From Selaginella moellendorffii (lineage: Eukaryota; Plantae; Lycopodiophyta): a stretch of DNA of 64,000 nucleotides. Positions 54,069 to 64,000 of the stretch are shown one piece after another. Under the pieces are notes generated by a model, which saw only the letters and a program-made list of their open reading frames with translations, was not told the DNA's origin and searched no databases. Location: the NCBI RefSeq assembly GCF_000143415.4, contig NW_003314274.1, forward strand, positions 1,892,213 to 1,956,212, in the 5' to 3' direction. The position numbers and the translations under genes are program-made. Each line of letters begins with the position of its first letter. Position 1 is the first letter of the stretch.

Positions 54069-55154
54069 ATTGAGAAGTTATTTCCAAATGTAGGAAAGTT
54101 TAAACTAGAGATTGATAGGATTTAATTAGATTTTTTTGTTAGTGTATTTAGTCTAAGCTTGTGATATTTATTTTGGCTCTTTCACTAGTATAAATTAACT
54201 GGTGTAATTCTGTTTAATCATTCACATAGTTATGTCTAACTTGTACTTGTCACCAATCCTATTACTTTTTGTTGTCAAGGAATTGCCATTGACAGCTGAT
54301 AGTTGAGGTTTTTCAGTAAAGTGAGGTTTTGTTTTGTTTTGTTTTTTTCTTTAGATTATATAAAAATATTATAGTAAATGATATTTTAAAAAATGCCTTT
54401 TGCCTCCCGTTAAACACCATCATGATTCAATCTCTCTCCACTTACCTGGCAGTGATGTGGCATCAGGCCTTCTTTTTGTTTTATCTCCAGCACACTCCCC
54501 TCTCCTGTCTGTCACCGCTGTGCACTCCCGCCTGCGGCTCCTGCCCGCCCGCACTCCCACCCAGCGTGTGCCCTAATCACTTCCACGTGGCCACAGCCCC
54601 AACACCAAATTTCAATCAGCGCGCACATGGATGCCTTTCTACGTGCTTTACGTGGCCAATGAGTGTCATGGATGACCATTAGGAGTGGTAAACTTATGAA
54701 ATCTTCTCACTAATTTATATATGCAATATAAGTATATAAAGAGTTTCTATTTATTCTTTGCTAAGATTGAGTTTTTTGTTTAAAGAGCTTTTCTTTCTTG
54801 TCTTCCTCTGCCTAGTAAAAGGAGTTGCTTCTAGACTACTAGAAGCTTTTCTTTTACCTGTAATTCTTGCCACTAAAGGTTTTGCTCGCTTCAAAGATGT
54901 ACCATAACTATCAACACGCTGTTGAAATTCTGTTGTAGGATGAATAAGATTGTCTGGCCTAGCTTTAAAAGTTGCAACTTTCTGTTATATCATTTCTAAA
55001 TCGTTGTCAACCATAAATAAAAAAGCTTCTTCATCAAGAAGATTTTGTAAGATATCTATCATCTTTTGTTGTAATATCGCTTTTGTAACTTTTGATGGAG
55101 TAATATCTTCCTGCTCAAAGTTCATATCAATATTTAAAATTTCTTTAATGTAAA

Positions 55155-55652
55155 TGTAAGCAACCAAAGAGAATAACTCAAGAGACGATCCATGGGGTTC
55201 AAATATAAAAGGAAAGTTGACCTCCCGGGAAGTCCAAACTCAGGAGTTTACATTTGGTATTGGAGGGGTCTCAGGTCCGACTCTATTAGTTGGCTTAGAG
55301 GAATCACACCATATGTTGATTGACATTTGGTAGGTCCAATTTGCTCTGCTAGGCTCGACTCGAGGGGTAGGGTATCAAGAGAGTAGGGCTTTCGGGAGAG
55401 CTGCGGCTCTTAGCTTCCGTTCACGAGGGCGTGAACTTGTAGGGAAGCGTGGTGGATTGTAAGCAACCAAAGGGAACAACTCAAGAGACGATCCATAGAG
55501 GTTCAAATATAAAGGGAAAGGGTTCATAAATAAAAGTGCATTCCCTTTTTTAATCGATTAAGGGTCTTGGGACATTTGGAGTTAAGTGTCCTTGGGTTTG
55601 AATAGTACTAGGTTGGGTGATCTCCCGGGAAGTCCAAACTCAGAAGCTTACA
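55155..55652 (+). mobile_element. Cassandra-type TRIM retrotransposon (5S rRNA segment in LTR)
   Basis: LTR1 55155-55252 (internally deleted), PBS tggtattggag 55255, ~205-bp internal region, purine-rich tract ending gtggat, LTR2 55458-55652. TG..CA ends and perfect TSD GTAAA (55150-55154, 55653-55657). Confidence 0.9.
55580..55635 (+). promoter_or_regulatory. 5S rRNA-derived internal Pol III promoter (box A, IE, box C)
   Basis: agttaagtgtccttgggtttgaatagtactaggttgggtgatctcccgggaagtcc versus plant 5S agttaagcgtgcttgggcgagagtagtactaggatgggtgacctcctgggaagtcc (from memory). Confidence 0.85.
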
Positions 55653-57170
55653 GTAAATTACCTTTATAATAGTCCTTAGTTGAATTTCTTGTTGATGCTG
55701 TATATTTTGATGGATATCTTCCTACTCAATATTCATATATATTAGTATATAAAATATGCTAGTTTACCTTTAATGTAGTCTCCAATTGAATTTCTTGCTC
55801 ATGATAAACATTTTGATGGATGTTTTCCTGCTCAAATTTTTAATTAATAAATGAAACACCTCTGTCATAGCTTCCAAGTCAAGTGCTTCAAAATCTTGAT
55901 GACGATAAAATAAGTCATCTAACCTAAGTTCTAAAATTGCATGCGATTGTGATGGTTGAACCTCATAACTAGTTGTAGTCCAATCGGTTTTTTCTCCTTG
56001 TTTTAACATAATAACTTTTTTTGATGCTTACAAAAGTTTCCTTTGGTTGCCCACGGATAATTACACTAAGTCGAAAAAGCCCAATTATTGTGTCCTTCAC
56101 CCCCGACAACAAGATACCATATAGCTAGATCTGAAGAGGATTGTACATAGGATTTGTGAGTATTATCCTTATCAAATTTTACTTGAGAGTTGTTAATATT
56201 TCTTGCTTTAACAATCGCACCATCGATTAGTTTTTCATATGCATAGTTTCAGATAAAACCATAATCTTTGCAATAACTAGTAAATAAGTACCTTGCATGA
56301 ACCTTAGTAATAACTTGATGAATTGCCCAATCCATCCTTCGATTGTGGGCATGTTTTTATTTGGACGAGAGTATAGCTTTCATATTTGCATGAAATGCCT
56401 CAATTAAATTATTTGTCTCCTTGTTAGCATGAGGGAAATTTCAGCAGCAACAACCCACATATCTATCAAATATAAATTAAAATAAATTATAAAAATTAAA
56501 ATATTGATTCACTTACCAACTTTTTCCTTCCATTCGTCTTGAAAATACTTGATAAAGGCTGCTTTATTTTGAAAGTCCACCTCAAAATTTTCAATATGTT
56601 ATTTAATCTCAGCTTGCATAATATATCATCATGAAAAGCTATATGAATTGAATGATACATAATCTCCGAGATGTTTTCATATTTCCATCATAATATCCCA
56701 AGATTTCACCTTCCGAATACTATGTTTGAGCCAATTCCTCCTTACATGCCAAATACATAATAGAATTTGACAATCAAATGTAGCTTTATTTAAAAGAAAA
56801 AAATTATATTATATTATATCAAATTAATTACCTTATAGCATTAATCTCTGCTTTAGTATCATCAATCATTATCGCACATGTTTTCGAATTTGGCATGTGT
56901 TCTAAAACTCATTTTTTAAGAGCTATCATCCAATTCTTCATATGTTCTCCTTTCTCACTAGAAGTTAAAACCCATGCAATTGGAATACCATTTCCATGAT
57001 AATCAAAAGTAAGCATGGTGTATAATGGGAACTTTAAATTATTAAATATTATTTATTAAAAAATGAATGAAAATTTTACCTTATAGCAATTAGTTCCAAA
57101 AGTTGCATCAAGACTCAATAAATTGCCATTTTTTGTAGTTGCTAAGTTGTCTGAATCCCAATAGTAAAAT

Positions 57171-58098
57171 TGTAGCACACCTGAATTTGGAGCCGAACTC
57201 CAAGCCCGTTGCGCTACAAAACGAGGGTCCGGTACAATCCCATGAGCACCAGCTCCTAGTATCTAGCACCTACATACAAAATGGTGTCAGACGGAGTTTG
57301 GCACAATTTTGGCATACCGGTGGCCTAACGCGAGGAGGAGGGTACCCCACCGACTAGAGCAGCGTGGAGCTTGGGCTTAGACCCAAGCCGGACGCAGAAC
57401 AAGGAGCGACACAGCCCAGCAGAAGCTAAACTAATGTCTTAGGTGGTCGGACATGCATTCCAACCACTATCCCTACTATACATTTGGAACCCCCCACAGC
57501 CCCCTCTCCCCCCCCTTGAGGAACACAGGCTTTGGGCTTTCACCCCAAGCCTCCCTTAGTACCAGGAGTTAGTCTCTGGGACAAGCTCAAAACTTATTAA
57601 ATATGGAATGATGCTAGATTGCGAATTTGGATACAAGATGAACACCATTGTGTTCGAGCCAATCTCTACATTCCATAAATATGCCAAATGAGCTAATCTA
57701 GACACTTTCCATAAATAGCATTTGGGACCGAAATGAGACTAACACAAAGGGCGTGATAGCGAGGGTGTTTGGCAGACATGGTAAGCTATCATCTAGCGAA
57801 TATTGAGGGACTAGTCTCAATATTGCGGGAGTTCCCAACATTAGCAAGTGCAAGTCAACATCATGAGTTTCTCGTCACTATGTCAAGTATGCTTGACTTA
57901 ATGACAACTTAGGATTTCCTTCCTTAGTGCCCTTCTGGTCTAAGTGCACATGTGTTGACCAATTTCTCAACTAGCTTGGGTGGAGACCATAAAGGGAACC
58001 AGCAATACCGACCTCCTGCCATCCTGGCAGTAAGGAGAGAGTGTCCGTAAGGACTAGCCGACAAGTATCTTTCGACACCTGAAGTCACATTCGCGACA
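57171..58098 (-). repeat. 3' LTR of a minus-strand chromovirus-type element
   Basis: Minus strand TGTCGCGA...GCTACA, preceded by PPT (58099-58110). Inverted homolog of 59004-60148 with ~220 bp deleted. Confidence 0.85.
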
Positions 58099-58709
58099 CT
58101 CTCCCCCCCTTAGGGAAGATCAACATCCTCGTCGATGCATACCCGAGTCTAGCAAACCATCAAGGAAACAACTTCGAAAGTTAACGGAAAGCACACTATG
58201 TGGGAAACGCACCGACTTAAATGAGTCATGGAACGACCTCTCCTCTACGTCCAAAGACATCAAGACTCAGACACCCTCCGGCTGTCACCGACAAGGAAAT
58301 GACTAACAAAGGTAGCCACCCTTGTTGCTCCGAGTACCACTCGACTTACAAAGGAATGATACATCCGTGCCCACAGGAACATAGGGAGAAGGCCAGAGGC
58401 CCAACTTCCCCTGAGCAAGAAATCAACCCCGTCGGGAAGATTTAGACAACTACTATAAATTGGCAAATTAAGTAGTTTACACGACCACGCCCCTTTTTTC
58501 GAAAATGAGTCATTGAGAGAGAGGTGGGGACTTGTGATCAGTCTATAATAGTTATCCCCATGGTTATGGATTGGACCCATGCACCGAAGTGCCGAAGTCA
58601 ACCTGCCAAAACTAACCCAAGTATTAACGAACGAAAGAAATGACATTTTTTATTTATAGAAATATATTACTTTATTAATTTACAAGATTTATTACAAGAT
58701 TTACAAAAG

Positions 58710-58994
58710 CTATTTTTTATTACTATTCTCATACTCCAGGACAAGCTCACGAGCATGTATAAGATTCCTAAGAGGTTCCCAAGTTGATTCACAAGATGGG
58801 TAACCTTTCCACTTAACTAGGTATTCCTTCGCACGACCACCACGTGCCTTACGAGACAAAAGGATGGCCTCAACCTCATACTCCAGTTCACCATCAATAA
58901 CATCTAGAGCTGGACGAACATCCCTAGAGCGGCCAGGATCCTCATTATATGGGGCCAGTAAACTGACATGAAACACATTATGAAGGCTGGACAT
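58710..58994 (-). pseudogene. Chromovirus integrase C-terminus with chromodomain, 5' truncated
   Basis: LHNVFHVSLL...EYEVEAIL...KEYLVKWKGYPSCESTWEP, a group I chromodomain with intact aromatic cage residues. Confidence 0.9.
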
Positions 58995-59003
58995 CTCTTG
59001 GGG

Positions 59004-60148
59004 TGTCGCGAATGTGACTTCGGGTATCGAAAGTTACCTGTCGACCAGTCCTTACGGACACTCTTTCCTTACTGCCACGATGGCAGGAGGTCGGTATTGC
59101 TGGACCCTTTATCAGTCCCTCTTGTGCTAGTGGAGTTAACTGGGCATTTCGAGTGTACTTAGACCGGACGAGCATAAGGACGGAATTCCTACGTGTTATT
59201 AGCTAAGCATACTTAGCCCGGTAAGGAGTTCCCGTCTCGTTATGTCTTGCACTGGCTAGTGACAAGAACCCTCGCGTATTGAGATTAGTCCCTCAATATC
59301 GCTACATGATAGCTTACCGTGTCTGCCAAACACCCTCGCTATCATGCCCTTGTGTTAGTCTCATTTCGGTCCCAAATGCTAATTATGGAAAGTGTCCAGA
59401 TTTGCTCATTTGGCATACCTACGGAATGTAGAGATCGGCCTGAACACAATGGTGTTTGTCCCATGTCCAAATTCACAATCTAGGGACATTCCATATTTAG
59501 TAAGTTTCAAGCTTGTCCCAGAGACTAACTCCTGATACTAAGGGAGGCTTGGGGTGAAAGCCCAAAGCGTGTGTTCCTCAAGGGGGGGGGGCTATGGGGG
59601 GTTCCAAATGTATAGTAGGGATAGTGGGTAGGTCGGGCATGGCCGACTAACCTGAGGCATAGTCTAGCTCCCGCTTGCGTGCCTGTCCTTGTTCTGCGTC
59701 CGGCTTGGGTCTAAGCCCAAGTTCCATTCCATGCTAGTTGGTGGAGTACCCATATCCTCGCGTTAGGCCACCGGTATGCCGAAATAGCGCTAGACTCCGT
59801 TTGGCTCCGTTTTGCGTGCTGGTCCTGGCATTGGGATGCTGGTTGCTCCAGGACTGTTCCAAGTCGCTCCGGGCTCCTGTCCCTTCGCTCCTTGGGCTGT
59901 ATGCTCGGGAGTTGCTCCGTGGTCCGGTTCCATCACTCCTTGGCGTCACGCTTGGGAGTTTGGCACCGTTCCTTCGTTCAGTGGCCCAAGGCCCTGAACC
60001 TCGGGTTCCTATGGACACGTGGCACGGACACATGGTATGTGACACGTGGCATCTGTCACGTGGCACAAAGAGGGTTTAGGTTCCGCTTCGTGGTGTTATC
60101 CTATGGTAAATCACCATAGGATAAAGGGTCAAAACCACGTGCGCTACA
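59004..60148 (+). repeat. 5' LTR (~1.15 kb) of a plus-strand element
   Basis: TG..CA bounded and followed by PBS tggtatcagag at 60151-60161. Confidence 0.88.
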
Positions 60149-63100
60149 TTTGGTATCAGAGGATGAGTCTCAGCGAGTACTATTCAATGAGATTGGGCAA
60201 CTAGTCTCGTTGCATACGCAGAGATGAAAACGATGATCCGAGTGGGTACACGTTTGGGTGCAAAGGCTTCGCAATTGGTTCCTTGGGTATGGATATTGTT
60301 ACCTTATTGTACCTTATGATGTGAGCTTGCGCTTGGGCTCATAGGATGGATTTGAGTTGTTCCGGTAGCACGAGTTTAAGCTTGAGCTCGTGAGTGAGGC
60401 GCATTAGCAACTCGAGGTTACACTTTGAGTTGGCAGGATTAATGTTAGCCTATCGGTGGTTCCATGAGTTGTTCCATGTACCATGGGTGAAAGTAAACTT
60501 TCCCTGAGTTTGCTATGAGTGGCAAATAGGCTGGTCCGTAGCTGTTTAGTACGGCACTAGTGGATCCTTCCTAGGCATGATTATAATTGGATCAATCAAG
60601 ACTGTAGGGAATAGTCTATTGGTTCAAGTAATCATTGCTGTGCTCTCTCATAAACTTTTCTTGGATTGAACTGAAGGCAGTGTGAAAGCAAGCTTGAGGT
60701 TTGGTCAAAGATGAGACCGAAAAGAGAGTCATCGAGGACGGAGGATCAAATACGTAAATCATTTTCTCTTCTTGGAGAGATGATTTGCAATGAGGTGTTA
60801 ACTCATTGCTTGTGTTCACATTATGCAATCAAGAGTCCCTACCTTGATGCATATTGGAGATGATGGTCTTACAAATGGTGAGTTATGGGATGGATAGTGG
60901 TGAAACACTAAACCATTTTGTCTAGGCTCGCTATTGGAAGACTTGGGTTGCAATGCTCAATTCTTTTCAGGAGGAACCTTGCTATTGCTCCTTAGGTAGC
61001 TTGGTGTTGGATTAGTGTTGAGTTTGGTCGGAAAGAGAGTGGCATGAGCTTGTCCGTGTTGTGAACAAAAGTTAGTGGTGTTGGGTGTCGTAAACCTCTA
61101 TTGGTGGAGTGTGGCATTTATGTTGCATTTTGTTGAATCGAGTTGGCATTTGATACTCACATAAACGTTTGAAGTAATGACATAGGCATTGCTCATTGTG
61201 TTACTCAATTGATGATCAAGTCATTGTGATACTTATATCATATCCATGTGATAAAGAGCAATGTGTTTACGAAGTTGCTTGGGTAAATGATGATCAACCC
61301 CAAAGTGGTTGATGGAGAAGCTAGTCTACTTGCACGAAGTAGCATTGTAGTAGCTTTGACTGGATTCTCAATGGTGGTCCATTATGCTAAGCTTATGTTA
61401 GTACCTTGTTTCCTTGAGGGTTTGCCCATAAGGTGTTGGGAATGGGTTGTAGCATTCATTTGCTATAGCTCATCTGTTGATCCGTTAGCACTTGGAGTAG
61501 ATTGTTGGATGGAGAAGATGTGTAGTTGGGGCATTGACATCACTAGCACTTGTGTTAGTGGAAGTGGCATTGTTGATTCGAGTGATGAGGAATTTTCCTT
61601 AGAGCTTGATTCTCCATGTCATTTTTCTTGTTAGTGTTTTGGCTTCACATTGGATCTTGAAGGTGATTGAAGAAGAGTGTTAGTGCAATATGGATATCCG
61701 AAGATGTGGTCTTCGTGATCAAGCCTTGGATGTTCATTTTGCACTTTGCGGATGTCGGAGTTAGATGTCGGAAAAATGGGCAAAGATGTTCGATACTTAA
61801 GCATGTTGTTCGATCATGAGAATTTTTGTTGAGGTGAACCTATGTGGAGTTGTTAGTAGGAGGAAGTTGGTTGAGTCTTGAAAGCTTGCAATCCTGGACT
61901 GAGAGTCATTCTTTCTCTAGGATGGAAATTTTCCACAAATTTTCTTAGACTTTTCCAATGGCTGATCTATTGATCACTTTGCTCGAAAACCATTCCATTT
62001 TCGAAAGCCAGTACAAACTAGTGAAGGGGTTGGAGTTGACTTCGGTTGGCTTAGATCTTAGTAGGTAGTTTGTATGATGCGGCCCGAAAGGGATGCTGAC
62101 TTTTGAGGCTAAGGCAATTAAGTTGGATAGAGTCTAGAGTTGGTATAGAAAAGTGGCCGTTACACTTTTCTAAGAAGGGTGACTCTTGTGCCTTTCTTTT
62201 GTAGCGTTGTGCTTGGTGGCAATTTGCACCTTGCATTACGTTAGACTCTATGAGAGTAGTGAGTTCTCACTGATCTTGACTTGGTCTTGGTGGCCCTGCA
62301 CCTTGGCTGAGGATGGTGATATCCAACTTAGTTGTTTGAGGTTGAGATGTTGGCACCCGTACTATAGCTTTGTCTATGAGGAGGTTGTGTACCGATGTGA
62401 GTTCATCTCATGGTCTTCACTTTAGTTTCGACTGAGTGTTGATCGTGCATAGCTAGCCTCTTCAAGGCATGCTCAGAGCTAGTGGCTAAATGTTTTAATG
62501 AGCTTATTACGGTTGAGTTGGATTCGAGTGGTCATTTAGTTTGTGCTTGTCCATGAACTTTTATCTCATGTTTGAGGTATTATGTTTATGCTAGATAAGT
62601 ATATAACTTGATGACAAGAGTTGGTGTTTGAGTCTTGTGAACGCAAGTTGAGGAGTGATTGTTAGTTGCTTTGCGACTAGTGATTACTTGTAGACTTCAT
62701 CAAGGACCGTTGACACTTGCTTTGCTCGATGATGATTTAGCAGTGGTGGGCTTGCTTTACCGAATAGTGTTGCGGAGGATCGTGTCGTTAGACATACATG
62801 GGTTTTCCATGTTGACATGTCGACTCTACCTCTGTTGATATCATTTGGTTACATTTAGTCCGTAGTGTTGGATTTCATTGAGTCTTGGACGTGGTGAATC
62901 ACTCCTTGATGATGTGTTATCTGTAACTGAGTATTGTTAGAGGATTGGTCTCGGTTACTAATTAAAGTATCTTCGACCTTGGTTAGCTTGGTTGCTGGAA
63001 AGCTCCGAGTGGTGATTCACTCATGCTTTCTTCTAGCTTTGTTTTGGTGTTGATGGCATTGAAGTGATGCTTTGTCATTGACATTGTTGATATTGAGATC

Positions 63101-64000
63101 TGAGTGAAATGAGATATCCTTCCAAGGATTGATATTGAGTTTCACTAGTCTTGATGAATATAGTGTTGATGATTTGGCTATAGCTTTGTGTTGTTGGCAT
63201 TCGTGTATTTGCTAGTTAGCAACTGTGTTGACGTTCAAACGAACTGAGTGGCAAGTTGAGTTAGTTGTGTTCTAGACGAGATTATTTAGTAGAGGGTTGA
63301 GCTTTAGCTTTTCCTTGAAAGGTGATTTAGTCGTGGACTATGCTAACTCTACGAGAAGAAGAGTTAGTGATCGATATTAGAATGTTGAGTCCTTGCTGGA
63401 TTTGAGTTCGGAATATAGCAATCATTAATGATTCTTTTTGAGCTTGTTATGAAGTGAGTTACGTCTTGCTATAGATGGATTCATGGAGGATCGTTTGATG
63501 ATCACTTGTTGAGCATAGCTCCATTGTGCTTAGCTTTTGGATTGATGCAGAAATGCTCTTCATTAGCTTTAGCATTATGAAGTTTAGCTTATGGATGTGT
63601 TGAGGAAGATATTATGAGTTGCATCACGATTTCTTCTTTCACATTGAAGTTAGCTTCTATGTGACTTGTGATCATTGTTAGACAAGACTTGGCTATAGAC
63701 TTCTTTGAACTTTCGGTTCCTTGAGTTTTATGCTCATTGTTCCATTTGTTTGAAGTTGTTGGGGGAAGGCATTTTGGCTCATTAGCTTCGATGTTGAAGT
63801 TGGTTTTTGCATCTAGCAATCATAGGTGATGATTAACTATCATCTAGGAAAGTTGATTATCCATGTCAAAAAGTTTTGCTTGATTATTGTTGGTATAGAA
63901 TGGTTTGCCGTTCTTCGGGATGGTGGATTCCTACTTAGACGATGATTATGCATTTCTTTATTGATGGAATGATTGACGATCTTTCATGATAGTTGGTTGT
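59004..64000 (+). mobile_element. Non-autonomous (LARD-like) LTR element running off the window; internal region essentially non-coding with faint pol relics
   Basis: LTR plus tRNA-Met PBS, then 3.8 kb of T/G-skewed sequence with no long ORF. Weak echoes of integrase (SIVVALTGFSMVVH) and RNase H (PLHFSKK). Confidence 0.65.

Larger units (their letters stand above)
54735..57170 (-). pseudogene. MULE (Mutator-like) transposase with SWIM finger, intron-containing, disrupted
   Basis: Minus strand SLDATFGTNCYK / FPLYTMLTFDYHGNGIPIAW, IMIDD, LLCIWHVRRNW, TNNLIEAFH, GKLCKH. Short AT-rich introns. Cut at 57170 by a Gypsy LTR and interrupted by the TRIM. Confidence 0.85.

Noticed and set aside
54490-54680. 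GC-rich patch as MULE terminal inverted repeat
   Set aside because: Position is plausible, but no partner TIR or TSD is visible in this window, so it cannot be supported.
55580-55635. Bona fide 5S rRNA gene
   Set aside because: Only ~56 of ~120 nt match, the 5' part and terminator are absent, and it lies within an LTR.
37891-55652. Functional link between MAF1 (Pol III repressor) and nearby 5S-bearing TRIMs
   Set aside because: MAF1 acts in trans and the TRIM is a dispersed repeat, so proximity is most likely coincidental.
59520-59590. Hammerhead or twister ribozyme (retrozyme) in the LTR (ctgata...gaaa; taactcc...aagccc)
   Set aside because: No CUGANGA core (the sister copy reads ctggta), and I could not form the twister pseudoknots.
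57171-60148. DIRS-type element with inverted terminal repeats
   Set aside because: No tyrosine recombinase. PPT, PBS and chromodomain indicate two ordinary Gypsy LTRs.

Overview
Eukaryotic plant DNA with very short GT-AG introns (about 50-70 nt), tiny intergenic spacers and two N gaps. This architecture suggests a compact lycophyte genome such as Selaginella (inference; no database check). Two gene islands lie between TE blocks. Island 1 (~9.4-24.3 kb) holds an orphan gene, formate dehydrogenase, and two intact ABCA7-type half ABC transporters separated by deletion-riddled pseudogene copies of each other. Island 2 (~33.9-44.0 kb) holds a HECT relic, an intronless GDSL lipase, organellar TrpRS, MAF1, a 2OG-Fe(II) dioxygenase and an ABCA2-type half transporter. 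The TE blocks contain degenerate Ty3/Gypsy elements with nested or inverted LTRs, two inverted sister copies of a short-LTR Gypsy with a tRNA-Ala PBS, a LINE RT relic and a MULE transposase pseudogene. Most notable: (1) a complete Cassandra-type TRIM carrying a 5S rRNA segment, with perfect 5-bp TSD, plus decayed copies; (2) linkage of both ABCA half-transporter types, one with a degenerate signature motif; (3) a hairpin/G-run module shared by otherwise different LTRs; (4) a small Cys-rich secreted peptide ORF. Gene boundaries were read by eye and exon edges are approximate.
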